Assembly: GCA_963778905.1 (NCBI GenBank)
Contig: CAVZWH010000024.1
Coordinates: forward strand, 12,498 to 76,497
From: Candidatus Staskawiczbacteria bacterium
GTDB lineage: Bacteria > Patescibacteriota > Minisyncoccia > Minisyncoccales > Staskawiczbacteraceae
DNA: 64,000 bases
Reading direction: 5' to 3'
Shown: piece by piece, positions 28,317 through 38,305 of the stretch
Numbering within the stretch: position 1 is the first letter of the stretch
Layout of the letters: each line of letters opens with the position of its first letter
Made by a program: the position numbers and the translations under genes
Notes under the pieces: model-generated
What the model saw: the letters and a program-made list of their open reading frames with translations, nothing else
Told to the model about the DNA's origin: nothing
Database searches by the model: none

Positions 28317-29441
28317 TTATCTTACTGATTTATAACCGCCAGGGACGCCATTTGGAGATAAAATAATTTGCCAAAGTTGAATTTGCCTTGCCCGAAATGA
28401 GCCGGCGCAGCTAAGCAGATAATAATTCCACATTCTGTAAAATCTGTCGTCGTATTTATTTTTTAATTTTGGCCAATTTTTCTCAAAATTTTTGTGCCAT
28501 TGCATCAAAGTTTTGTCATAATCGGCGCCAAAGTTGTGCACATCTTCAATGACAAATAATTTTTCTGAGCTGGATGTAATTTGTTTCAAAGAGGGGAGCG
28601 CTCCGTTTGGAAAAATATATTTATTCAGCCACGGATCAGAACCGACCCCAGAAGTTAGGCTGCCGATTGTGTGAAGCAAAAATAATCCATCGTCATTTAG
28701 GCATTTTTTTATCACATCAAAATATATTTTATAGTTTTTTGCGCCGACATGTTCAAACATTCCAATTGAAACAATATGGTTAAATTTTTCTTGCAAATCT
28801 CTGTAATCTTGCAGTCTTATTTCTACCTTCAATCCTTTGCATAATTTTTTTGCGAAATTTATTTGTTCTTTTGAAACAGTAATTCCAACAGCTGAAACTT
28901 TATAGTTTTCTGCTGCGTATTTAATAAAACCACCCCATCCGCACCCAATATCCAAAATTTTCTGGCCTGGCTGTAAATTTAATTTTTTGCAAATCAAGTC
29001 GTATTTTGCAATTTGCGCCGAGTCCAAATCGGGGTATCCTTTGGGTCGTTTTTTCCAATATCCGCAGCTGTAAGCCATTGTTTTTCCAAGCATGGCAGAA
29101 AACAATTCATTATCTAAATCATAATGTTTTTCGCCAACTTGGAATGCGCGATTTTTTGCCTGTAAATTAAATATTTTTGCTAAAATTGCGCCGGAAATAA
29201 GCGGCAAAGAAAAACCAATTTTTTCAGGTATTTTTGCCAAAAATAATTTATAAAAAAATTGGTCTAAATTTTTGCACTCCCACCATTTGTCCATGTAAGA
29301 TTCACCCAATCCCAAAGACCCTTCGGTTTTTACCCTGTTATAAAAATTTTAATTCAAAACTTTTATGTCCCAAGGATTGTTGCCATTTATTTTAATTCCA
29401 GACGGCTCCAATAATTTGTTTGCCCATGCCTCATTGTCCAT
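28317..29441 (-). pseudogene. cfa: Cyclopropane fatty acyl phospholipid synthase with an in-frame TAA at codon 31 (29349-29351)
   Basis: ATG 29441 MDNEAW...GIKINGNNPWDIKVLN*NFYNRVKTEGSLGLGESYMD; HYDL, LDIGCGWG, SIGMFEHVG, YIFPNG, RMWNYYL. Confidence 0.85.
29031..29047 (-). repeat. Intragenic micro-palindrome GACCCAAAGGATACCCC (copy 3)
   Basis: One mismatch to copy 1. Confidence 0.75.
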
Positions 29442-29556
29442 ATAAATTTATATTATCAGGCACAGAAAAAATTTCAATGAAGGTGCGTTGCAAACGAAGG
29501 AATAAAGGGTTAAAATATAAAAATATGGAAAATATAAATTTATAATTTTTCAAAAA

Positions 29557-30030
29557 ATGAATACCAAAAAAATATTACTTTCACTGGGATTCATCGCTGT
29601 TTTGGGAATTTATATAGTTTATCAGCGGGCAAGTAGTAATAATAATCCGATATTAAATAATGGGCAGTCTTCTTCTGTTTTGCCATCTGGCGGCCAAAAT
29701 CAAACCACAAATCAAAGTCAAACTACAAACCAACCGGTAGCGATTTCCGGATATAAAGACGGCCAATATACCGGAAGTTCGGTTAATGTTTTTTATGGTC
29801 AGGTTCAGGTTCAAGCAGTAATCAGCGGAGGGAAAATAGTTGATATAAAATTTTTGAACTATCCACAAGATAATAGAAATTCTCTTAGCAGGAGCAACAG
29901 TGCTTTGCCTCAATTAAAATCAGAGGCGATACAAGCACAGAGCGCCAATGTAAATGCGGTTTCCGGAGCCACCCAAACAAGCAGTGGATTTGTTCAGTCA
30001 TTGTCATCTGCTCTTTCTCAAGCAAGCTAA
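29557..30030 (+). CDS. Membrane-anchored FMN-binding (flavinylated) protein
   Basis: YKDGQYTG and VNAVSGATQTS ([S/T]GA[S/T] flavinylation motif). Confidence 0.9.
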   Translation: MNTKKILLSLGFIAVLGIYIVYQRASSNNNPILNNGQSSSVLPSGGQNQTTNQSQTTNQPVAISGYKDGQYTGSSVNVFYGQVQVQAVISGGKIVDIKFLNYPQDNRNSLSRSNSALPQLKSEAIQAQSANVNAVSGATQTSSGFVQSLSSALSQAS

Positions 30031-30031
30031 T

Positions 30032-30796
30032 ATGAAAGAAACAAAACTTTTAATGGGAATGCCCATATCGGTGGAAATTGTTGACGAAACTGCAACGCAG
30101 GACAACATAAACAAAATTTTTGATTATTTCAAATATATTGATGAGAAATTCAGCGTATTCAAAAATAATAGCGAAATCACAAAAATAAATAACGGAAAGA
30201 TTAAAAAAGCAGATTATAGTTTTGACATGAAAACTATTTTTGAGCTTGCAGAGCAAACCAAAAAAGAAACTGACGGATATTTTGATATTGTAAACAATAA
30301 TGGAAAATATAATCCTTCTGGAATAGTAAAGGGATGGGCGATATACAAGGCGGCGGAACTATTAAAAAATATGGGTTATGAAAATTTTTATGTTGATGCG
30401 GGCGGCGATATACAAGTCCAAGGAAAAAATAAAGAAAAAGGGGTGCCCGCTCGTGGGCCGTGGAAAATAGGCATAAAAAATCCTTTTAATCAGAAAGAAA
30501 TTGTTAAAGTTGTTTACTTAGATAAAAATCAAGGAATAGCCACGTCTGGAACATATATACGAGGCCAGCACATATATAATCCAAAAAATAGACAGGAAAA
30601 AATGAATGAAATTGTAAGTATTTCTGTAATTGGCCCAAATGTTTGTGAGGCAGATAGATTTGCAACCGCAGCTTTTGCAATGCAAAGAAAAGGAATTAAT
30701 TTTATTGAAAAGTTAGATGGATTTGAGGCTTATATGATAGATAAAAATGGCATCGCCACCATGACAAGTAATTTTGAAAAATATATCCAATGCTAA
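30032..30796 (+). CDS. apbE: FAD:protein FMN transferase (short ApbE)
   Basis: LMGMP, SEITKIN, PSGIVKGWA, DAGGDI, IATSGTY, ADRFATAAF. Confidence 0.9.
   Translation: MKETKLLMGMPISVEIVDETATQDNINKIFDYFKYIDEKFSVFKNNSEITKINNGKIKKADYSFDMKTIFELAEQTKKETDGYFDIVNNNGKYNPSGIVKGWAIYKAAELLKNMGYENFYVDAGGDIQVQGKNKEKGVPARGPWKIGIKNPFNQKEIVKVVYLDKNQGIATSGTYIRGQHIYNPKNRQEKMNEIVSISVIGPNVCEADRFATAAFAMQRKGINFIEKLDGFEAYMIDKNGIATMTSNFEKYIQC
30440..30459 (-). repeat. Intragenic micro-palindrome GGCCCACGAGCGGGCACCCC (copy 4, degenerate)
   Basis: 4 transitions relative to copy 2; antisense to apbE. Confidence 0.6.
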
Positions 30797-32280
30797 AATT
30801 TATAGATAATTTTCTAAACAAAACAACAATGTACAGGCTTGTTTTATACTGCCTGATATTTTTAGTTATAGTGGCTCTGGTTTTCAGTTTTTTAGGAAAG
30901 CTGCCTTTTAAGCCGTTAGATTTTTTATTTTCTACATTTTTTTTGCTTTCTTTTTGCATTTTGATAAATTGGATTTTTGCAAAAGTTTTTGAAGCTCCGT
31001 CAAATATAGAGTCGGTTTACATAACAGCTTTAATTTTGACTCTCATCATAAGCCCAGTGCCGGGCTTAAACCAATTGTTGTTTTTGTTTTTTGCCAGCGG
31101 CATAGCAATGGCTTCAAAATATATTTTAGCCATCTTCAAAAAACATATTTTTAATCCAGTTGCAATTTCTGTTGCCATCACATCCTTAGCCGCTGGCCAA
31201 TCTGCCAGCTGGTGGGTGGGAAATTTGTATATGGCGCCCTTTGTTTTAATAATTGGAATATTAATTACAAGAAAAATAAAAAAGGCTGACTTGGTAATAA
31301 GTTTTTTTGCAGTATCTGCGGCAGCGATATTAGTTAATAGTTTTTTAACCGGCGGAAATATTTTGAAAAGCGCCGAATTTATTTTATTTTATTCTTTTAT
31401 TCCTTTTTTGGGTTTTGTAATGCTCACAGAACCAATGACAACGCCGCCAACAAAAAAATTGCGAATAGCGTACGGAGCTTTAGTGGGATTTTTGTCTGCT
31501 CCGTTTGTTAATATAGCGGGTTTCTATTTTACGCCCGAAATAGCTCTTTTAGCCGGAAACATATTTTCATATTTTGCTAGTCCGAAAGAAAAATTAGTGT
31601 TAAAAATAATAGGTAAAATAGAAATTGCAAACAATACTTATGATTTTATATTTAAACCTGATAGAAAACTAAATTTTAAGCCCGGGCAATATTTAGAATG
31701 GACTCTATCGCATGAAAAAAGAGATAATAGGGGAATGAGAAGATATTTTACGATAGCTTCTTCTCCGACAGAGGAGAATATAAGAATGGGTGTTAAATTT
31801 TATGACAAACCCAGTACCTATAAACAATCCTTGATGTCGCTTAAGAACGGCAAAATTATCGTGGCATCACAATTGGCAGGAGATTTTGTTTTACCAGAGG
31901 ATAAGAATAAAAAATTAGTCTTTATTGCCGGCGGAATAGGTGTTACGCCATTTAGAAGTATGATAAAATATCTTATAGACAAGAATGAAAAAAGAGATAT
32001 AGTTATTTTTTATTCAAATAAAACCGTTGACGATATTGCATATAAAAATATTTTTGACGAAGCTGAAAAAAAGCTGGGAATCAAAACAATTTACCATTTA
32101 ACTGACAAAAGTGGATTTCTAAACCATGAAATGATCCAAAAATATGTGCCGGATTTTAAAGAGAGAATGTTTTTTATTTCAGGGCCACGATCTATGATTT
32201 TAACTTTTCAGAAAGCATTGAAAGAAGCAGGGGTTAATAAAAATCACATCCGAACAGATTTCTTTCCCGGATTTGCATAA
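30790..32280 (+). CDS. NqrB/RnfD-like membrane domain fused to an FNR-type FAD/NAD(P)H oxidoreductase
   Basis: KHIFNP, SWWVG, MLTEPMTTP; FKPGQY, RYFTIASSP, IAGGIGVTPF, SGP, DFFPGF. Confidence 0.88.
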   Translation: MLKFIDNFLNKTTMYRLVLYCLIFLVIVALVFSFLGKLPFKPLDFLFSTFFLLSFCILINWIFAKVFEAPSNIESVYITALILTLIISPVPGLNQLLFLFFASGIAMASKYILAIFKKHIFNPVAISVAITSLAAGQSASWWVGNLYMAPFVLIIGILITRKIKKADLVISFFAVSAAAILVNSFLTGGNILKSAEFILFYSFIPFLGFVMLTEPMTTPPTKKLRIAYGALVGFLSAPFVNIAGFYFTPEIALLAGNIFSYFASPKEKLVLKIIGKIEIANNTYDFIFKPDRKLNFKPGQYLEWTLSHEKRDNRGMRRYFTIASSPTEENIRMGVKFYDKPSTYKQSLMSLKNGKIIVASQLAGDFVLPEDKNKKLVFIAGGIGVTPFRSMIKYLIDKNEKRDIVIFYSNKTVDDIAYKNIFDEAEKKLGIKTIYHLTDKSGFLNHEMIQKYVPDFKERMFFISGPRSMILTFQKALKEAGVNKNHIRTDFFPGFA

Positions 32281-32339
32281 TTTGTATTTATGTAAAAATT
32301 GTGCTATTATTAATAATCATTACTATTAATTAAACTGAC

Positions 32340-32897
32340 TTGGAAACGCAAGACAAAGTCTTAATACAGCAATATTTGAAAGGTGACGAAAAATCATTGG
32401 AGATTTTGATTGGAAAATATTTAAAACCTATTTACAGTCTTACTTATAGGAATATTGGAAATGCCGTGCAGGCAGAAGATGTTACGCAGGAAGTCTTTAT
32501 AAAAGTTTGGAAAAACTTAAAAAAATTTGATCAGAATAAGAATTTTAAACCTTGGATTTTTCAAATTGCCAAAAATACCTCCATTGATTATCTAAGAAAA
32601 AAGAAATCTATACCATTTTCCAGATTTGAAAACGAAAAAGGACAAAATATTTTATCTGAGAACTTAGTTGCAGCTCCTGTAAACTTAATTGAAAACCTAA
32701 GTGATAAAAGAGTTCTGGCAGGCGCAGCGCAGAACTTAAACGACAAAGAACAAAAAATTATAAGTCTCCGACACAATGATGGCTTGAGTTTTAAAGAAAT
32801 TGCCGACGTTTTTGAGGAATCCATTAATACCGTTAAAAGCAGATATCGCCGGGCTCTGGCAAATATGAGGGCAAACATTAAAAAAAGAGAAACTTAA
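32340..32897 (+). CDS. ECF sigma-70 factor
   Basis: AEDVTQEVFIKVW, FKPWIFQIAKN, LSFKEIA..SINTVKSRYRRA. Confidence 0.93.
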   Translation: METQDKVLIQQYLKGDEKSLEILIGKYLKPIYSLTYRNIGNAVQAEDVTQEVFIKVWKNLKKFDQNKNFKPWIFQIAKNTSIDYLRKKKSIPFSRFENEKGQNILSENLVAAPVNLIENLSDKRVLAGAAQNLNDKEQKIISLRHNDGLSFKEIADVFEESINTVKSRYRRALANMRANIKKRET

Positions 32898-32926
32898 TTA
32901 CTCGGTCGAGCGTATTAATTCATAGT

Positions 32927-33304
32927 ATGAATACTTTTTACATAGAACCTCCAATCGAACTTTTTGAAAGAATAATAATGCGCATTCATAAAGAAGAGCG
33001 TGTTTTGGTTTTAAGAAGAGTTATTTTATTTTCAATAACTTTAGTGGTGTCGGTGGTTGGTTTTTTTCCGGCGCTGAATATGTTGATATCTGATTTTAAT
33101 CAATCCGGATTTTTAAACTTTTTATCTTTAATATTTTCGGATTTTCCAACCGTTGTGAAATATTGGCAAAGCTTCGCGATGATTCTTTTGGAATCATTGC
33201 CGGCATTGAGTTTAGCATTATTTTTAGCCATCTTGCTTACGCTTTCACAATCTATTAAATCTTTAACAAAAGACGTTAAATTTGTAATTAAAGCGCAAGC
33301 ATAA
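32927..33304 (+). CDS. Putative membrane anti-sigma factor
   Basis: EPPIELFERIIMRI followed by TM helices, directly after the ECF sigma. Confidence 0.65.
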   Translation: MNTFYIEPPIELFERIIMRIHKEERVLVLRRVILFSITLVVSVVGFFPALNMLISDFNQSGFLNFLSLIFSDFPTVVKYWQSFAMILLESLPALSLALFLAILLTLSQSIKSLTKDVKFVIKAQA

Positions 33305-33305
33305 A

Positions 33306-33833
33306 ATGAGCGAAAATTTTTTACAATCAAAATTATTTAAAGGAATTGTTTTGGGAATAGCCGGTCTCGTAATACTGGTTTTTGTTTTTGGCTTAGGAGT
33401 TTATGTTGGTATGGAAAAGGCTGATTTCTCTTTTAGATGGGCAGAAGAATATCATCAAAATTTTGGAGGACCTCAAGGGGGAATTTTTGGAAACTTTTTC
33501 GGTTCAGAAAAGGAGTTTGCTAATTCGAATGGTTCTTACGGTCAAATAATAAAAATAGACGGAAATATTTTAACCGTAAAAGATAATGATGGCGATAATA
33601 CTGAAAAAACAATTTTAGTTGGAGATAAGACTATAATAATACTTCAGAGAAAAAATATAAAATTATCTGATCTTAAAATAGGCGAGAATATAGTTGTGAT
33701 AGGAAGTCCGAATAATGATGGACAAATTCAGGCAGAACTTATAAGAGTAATGCCCGCAAAACCAGTTAATCCATCAACAACCACTCCGCCGCCAGTTAAT
33801 AATCCAGTTCCGCCGCCAACTCAAGGTTCTTAA
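33306..33833 (+). CDS. Membrane-anchored DUF5666-like protein
   Basis: TM; GQIIKIDG...DLKIGENIVVIG...IQAELIRV. Confidence 0.7.
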   Translation: MSENFLQSKLFKGIVLGIAGLVILVFVFGLGVYVGMEKADFSFRWAEEYHQNFGGPQGGIFGNFFGSEKEFANSNGSYGQIIKIDGNILTVKDNDGDNTEKTILVGDKTIIILQRKNIKLSDLKIGENIVVIGSPNNDGQIQAELIRVMPAKPVNPSTTTPPPVNNPVPPPTQGS

Positions 33834-33877
33834 AATTTTCACAAAAATAAATAAAATAATATTAATTTAAATCTATT

Positions 33878-35608
33878 ATGAATTTTTTCGGAAAAACAAA
33901 GGAAGTTGTTTTGAAGCACAAGTTTATTACGTTAGTAATTATTATTATTTTATGCGTTGGCGGATATTACGGCTACGGATTAATTTTTCCTAAAAAAACA
34001 AGCACAACCTATGTAACCTCTCAGGCAGCAAATGGAACGGTTACAACGTCGGTGTCCGGTTCCGGTCAAGTTGCCGCATCAAGCACTCTAAGCCTGCAAT
34101 TTCAGGCTTCCGGCACTCTTACTTATTTACCGGTACAGAATGGGCAAACTGTTTCAAGGGGGCAACTTATTGCCGAGCTAGATACAACTACCGCGCAAGA
34201 ATCCATCACAAACGATGAATCACAACTTCAGTCAGCGCAAATTTCTTTGCAAAAATTGGAAGGAGCAAGCACGTTGACCACTCCTCAAAACAAACAAGAC
34301 GCTTTAAATAATTTACAGACTGCAAATAATAATCTAAATCAAGACTATCAGTCGGGTTATAATACGATCTCGAGCGTTTTTACTGATTTGCCAAACATAA
34401 TGACAGATTTGCAAAATACTATTTATGGAAGCACCTTTAACAATTACCAGCAAAACATTGATTATTATACTTACAGCGCAAACACGTACGATCCGTCTGC
34501 AATTAATTTTAAAACTGGTTTAGTTGCATCATATCAAACAGCTTCAACGGATTATGCAAAAAATTTCAGCGATTACGAATCATTAACTACATCATCCAGT
34601 AATAGCAACATTGACTCTATGATTACCGAGACATACAATACGGCAAAGGATATTGCCCAGGCTATAAAAGATACAAACAATCTTATTCAATTTTATGAAG
34701 ACACTCTTACTAAATACAATATAAAAGTAAATTCTGCTGCAACTTCCCAGCTCGCAACTATTAATAGTGATTCAGTTAAAGCAGATAGCGACATTACAAG
34801 CTTGCTAAATATTCAAAACACTATTAAAAATGATGAAAATACAATATCAACTGACAACGAAGCAGTTGCTAATTCAGATTTAGATTTGCAATCTGCGCAA
34901 CTATCAGTTCAAAATGCGCAGAACAGTCTTGCCAATGACAAAGCTAATCTTGCCAATTATTATATTTATGCTCCGTTTGATGGTGCGTTGGGTAAAATAA
35001 CTGCAGAAGTCGGCCAGCAAGTCGGATCTGGAACATCTATTGCAACAATAGTCACAACGCAGGACATCTGCACAATTCCTTTAAATGAAGTTGATGCTGC
35101 AAAAGTTTCTCAAGGACAAGACGTTGTGCTAACTTTTAATGCTCTTCCAAATTTAACTGTTGCAGGAAAAGTTGCAACCATAGACCCAATTGGAACGGTT
35201 ACATCAGGAGTTGTCACATATAATGTGCAGATTAGTTTTGCAACGCAAGATTCAAGAGTAAAATCCGGAATGAGCATAAATGCGGAAATTATAACAGGCG
35301 TGGCGCAAAATGTTTTAGTAGTTCCAAATTCGGCAATAAAATCCCAAGGGACAACAAAATATGTCCAGGTTTTGGTTAATGGCGTGCCTCAAACAAAAAT
35401 AGTTACCGTTGGATTGAGCAGCGTTACGAGCACTCAAATTTTATCCGGACTTAATGTCGGTGATAAAGTTATAACCCAAACAGTGACAACCGGTGCCACG
35501 AGCACAAGCACGACGGGAACAGCTGGCGCTTCAACACTTAGACTTGGCGGCGGTGGGGGATTTGGCGGTGGAGGCGGAGGCTCTATAAGAGTGAGCGGTG
35601 GCCTTTAA
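33878..35608 (+). CDS. MacA-like periplasmic adaptor (membrane fusion protein)
   Basis: VSGSGQV, lipoyl halves (GQLIAELD, IYAPFDG), long coiled coil, VKSGMS, VPNSAI, SGLNVGD. Confidence 0.9.
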   Translation: MNFFGKTKEVVLKHKFITLVIIIILCVGGYYGYGLIFPKKTSTTYVTSQAANGTVTTSVSGSGQVAASSTLSLQFQASGTLTYLPVQNGQTVSRGQLIAELDTTTAQESITNDESQLQSAQISLQKLEGASTLTTPQNKQDALNNLQTANNNLNQDYQSGYNTISSVFTDLPNIMTDLQNTIYGSTFNNYQQNIDYYTYSANTYDPSAINFKTGLVASYQTASTDYAKNFSDYESLTTSSSNSNIDSMITETYNTAKDIAQAIKDTNNLIQFYEDTLTKYNIKVNSAATSQLATINSDSVKADSDITSLLNIQNTIKNDENTISTDNEAVANSDLDLQSAQLSVQNAQNSLANDKANLANYYIYAPFDGALGKITAEVGQQVGSGTSIATIVTTQDICTIPLNEVDAAKVSQGQDVVLTFNALPNLTVAGKVATIDPIGTVTSGVVTYNVQISFATQDSRVKSGMSINAEIITGVAQNVLVVPNSAIKSQGTTKYVQVLVNGVPQTKIVTVGLSSVTSTQILSGLNVGDKVITQTVTTGATSTSTTGTAGASTLRLGGGGGFGGGGGGSIRVSGGL

Positions 35609-35616
35609 TTCAAATT

Positions 35617-35651
35617 AAAATGATAGAGTGCAAAAATATAAAAAAATTTAC
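35617..35651 (+). repeat. Degenerate duplicate of the ABC ATPase 5' end
   Basis: AAAATGATAGAGTGCAAAAATATAAAAAAATTTAC vs AAAATGATAGAGTGTAAAGATATAAAAAAAATTTAT at 35726. Confidence 0.75.
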
Positions 35652-35728
35652 AGCTTCTATTTATTTTTTAAATGAAGGGTGCAAGCTCAATAAAATTCGG
35701 AAGTTCGAAATAAATTAATCTTGTAAAA

Positions 35729-36475
35729 ATGATAGAGTGTAAAGATATAAAAAAAATTTATAACAACGGAGGCGAAGAAACGATTGTATTAAAAGGAATT
35801 TCTTTTAAAATAACTGATGGTGAATTCATCGCGATTATGGGTCCGTCTGGTTCTGGAAAATCAACTTTGATGCATATTCTGGGCGCGTTAGATTCGCCAA
35901 CTAGCGGAACTTATTTATTGGATAATAAAGATGTTTCAAAACTTTCCGATAATGAATTGGCATACACACGAAGAAATAAAATCGGATTTGTTTTTCAATC
36001 TTACAATTTATTGCCAAGAGCAACCGTATTAAAAAATGTGATGATGCCTTTAATGTATGCAGGAGTTCCAATTAAACAAAGGGAAGAAAAAGCAATCGAA
36101 TGCTTAGTCGCGGCTGGGCTTCCTGATAATCGCTGGCATCATTTTTCAAACCAGCTTTCCGGCGGTCAGATGCAAAGAGTTGCCATCGCCAGGTCTTTAG
36201 TTAACGATCCTTCAATTATTTTGGCTGACGAGCCTACGGGAAATTTGGATTCAAAAACAGGAGAAATTGTTTTGGCGACGTTTCAGAAGTTAAATGATGA
36301 CAAAAAGGTTACCATTGTTTTAATTACGCACGAAAGATATGTTGCCGAGCACGCAAACAGAATTATACATATTTTAGACGGAGAAATTGTGCAAGATGAA
36401 AAAAATATCAAAAGACGCAAGGCCGACATTAATGGAAATTCTCATCAAAACGAATTTGAGGAAATTAAAAAATAA
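35729..36475 (+). CDS. MacB/LolD-type ABC transporter ATPase
   Basis: GPSGSGKST, IGFVFQSYNL, LSGGQMQR, LADEPTGNLD, ITH. Confidence 0.95.
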   Translation: MIECKDIKKIYNNGGEETIVLKGISFKITDGEFIAIMGPSGSGKSTLMHILGALDSPTSGTYLLDNKDVSKLSDNELAYTRRNKIGFVFQSYNLLPRATVLKNVMMPLMYAGVPIKQREEKAIECLVAAGLPDNRWHHFSNQLSGGQMQRVAIARSLVNDPSIILADEPTGNLDSKTGEIVLATFQKLNDDKKVTIVLITHERYVAEHANRIIHILDGEIVQDEKNIKRRKADINGNSHQNEFEEIKK

Positions 36476-36491
36476 TTAAAATATAAATCAA

Positions 36492-37724
36492 ATGAAAGTA
36501 AATGATTTATTTGAAGAAACAACTTCCGCTCTTACCTCAAACAAAATGCGTTCAGGCCTGACGATTTTAGGTATAGTTATTGGAATTGCCTCTGTGATTG
36601 CTATGGTTGCAATTGGAAACGGTAGCCAAAGCTCAATAGACGCCACGATACAGTCAATTGGCTCTAATCTAATTATGGTAACTCCCGGAATGGCAAGAGG
36701 CGCTGGAGCTGGTCCTGTTTCCGCCGGCAGAGGCGGAGCAACAACATTAACTCAGGCAGATTCAGACGCAATTCAAAGCCAGGTTACCTCGATTGGAGCC
36801 ATTTCTCCGGAATTATCAAAAAGATATCAAGTAAAAGCCGACGGGAATAATACAAATACAACGGTTACCGGAACAGTTTCAGCTTATGCAGAAGTTCGTA
36901 ATGAGCAAATGGCTTCCGGTTCATTTATTTCCGACCAAGACGTAGCCAGTCTGTCAAAAGTTGCAGTATTGGGACCTACAACAGAATCTGATTTGTTTGG
37001 TACCGGCGTTGACGCAACCGGACAGACAATAACAATAAATAATATTATTTTTACGATAGTTGGGATTTTAAAGTCAAAAGGTGGAACAGGATTTGGAAAT
37101 CAAGATGACGTAATTTTTGTGCCAATTTCTACGGCTCAGCAATATTTGGCAGGTAATTCAAATAATTTTCTTTCAGAAATTGATATTTCGGCTAGCAGTC
37201 AGAGCAAAATGGCCTCAATTCAAACGCAAGTAACAAATTTACTTTTAGCGCGCCATAATATTACAAATCCGACGCTGGCCGACTTTCAGGTTTTAAATCA
37301 ACAAGACATTGTAAATACTGCTTCGTCAGTTACAAACACGATGACTATTTTATTGGCATCAGTTGCCGGAATTTCGCTTGTCGTTGGAGGAATTGGAATT
37401 ATGAATATGATGTTGACAACGGTTACTGAAAGGACGCGGGAAATTGGATTAAGAAAAGCAATTGGAGCAGATGAAGCAGACATTAATATACAATTTTTAA
37501 CAGAATCTTTTATGCTGACTCTCATTGGAGGAATAATCGGAATTGCTTTAGGATGGACCGTCTCATGGGGCATAACAAAATTTACAGGAACAGCAACAAG
37601 CGTTTCAATGCTGTCAATTATCCTGGCATTTGGAGTTTCAGCTGTGATTGGAGTTGTCTTTGGATATTATCCCGCAAGACGTGCGTCAAAACTAAATCCA
37701 ATCGAAGCATTGAGGTATGAATAA
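36492..37724 (+). CDS. MacB-type ABC permease
   Basis: RSGLTILGIVIGIASV, GGIGIMNMML..VTERTREIGLRKAIGA, YPARRASKLNPIEALRYE. Confidence 0.95.
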   Translation: MKVNDLFEETTSALTSNKMRSGLTILGIVIGIASVIAMVAIGNGSQSSIDATIQSIGSNLIMVTPGMARGAGAGPVSAGRGGATTLTQADSDAIQSQVTSIGAISPELSKRYQVKADGNNTNTTVTGTVSAYAEVRNEQMASGSFISDQDVASLSKVAVLGPTTESDLFGTGVDATGQTITINNIIFTIVGILKSKGGTGFGNQDDVIFVPISTAQQYLAGNSNNFLSEIDISASSQSKMASIQTQVTNLLLARHNITNPTLADFQVLNQQDIVNTASSVTNTMTILLASVAGISLVVGGIGIMNMMLTTVTERTREIGLRKAIGADEADINIQFLTESFMLTLIGGIIGIALGWTVSWGITKFTGTATSVSMLSIILAFGVSAVIGVVFGYYPARRASKLNPIEALRYE

Positions 37725-37831
37725 TTTTTAAATTTTATAATTTTTAAATAATTTCTTAATTTCTTAATTTTTAAAAATTTGATCATTGTATCATTATTTT
37801 AAAAATTGAAAAATTAGAAATTAAAAATTTA
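37725..37831. repeat. AT-rich short-repeat array with imperfect inverted symmetry
   Basis: AATTTTT/AATTTCTT units mirrored by AAAAATT/AGAAATT units. Confidence 0.5.
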
Positions 37832-38278
37832 ATGAGCAAAACATATAAAATCGTTACAGCAATCATTGTGTTGCTGGTCGTAGGTGGCGGAGCGTTTTAT
37901 TTTGGAATGAATTATGGCAAAAGCCAAGCTGCGACAACCGCAACTGCGGCGCGCGCAGGTTTTGCCGGTAGAACGGGACGAACGGGAGCAGCCGGAGCAG
38001 GTTTTACCACCGGAACCATTCTTTCCAATGACGGAAGCACTATAACTTTGCAATTACCGGCAAGCACTGGTGGTTCAAAAATAATTTTATATTCAACTGC
38101 AACTCAAATTTCTAAAACCACAGCCGGAACATCAGCTGATTTAGCAGTTGGCACATCTGTAAGTGTGACTGGAACAACAAATTCTGATGGAAGTGTAACG
38201 GCTAATTCAATTCAAATCAGACCAGCAGGTGTAAATCCTGGAGGCCCAAACATACCAACATCAGCTGCAGGTCAGTAA
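37832..38278 (+). CDS. Membrane-anchored DUF5666-like protein
   Basis: GGGAFYFGMNYG; DLAVGTSVSVTGTTNSDGSVTANSIQIRP. Confidence 0.75.
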   Translation: MSKTYKIVTAIIVLLVVGGGAFYFGMNYGKSQAATTATAARAGFAGRTGRTGAAGAGFTTGTILSNDGSTITLQLPASTGGSKIILYSTATQISKTTAGTSADLAVGTSVSVTGTTNSDGSVTANSIQIRPAGVNPGGPNIPTSAAGQ

Positions 38279-38305
38279 AAATATAATTATTTCATTGTGT
38301 GACAT

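Noticed and set aside
29349-29351. Stop-codon reassignment explaining the cfa TAA
   Set aside because: TAA, TAG and TGA all terminate conserved genes at expected positions elsewhere in the window.
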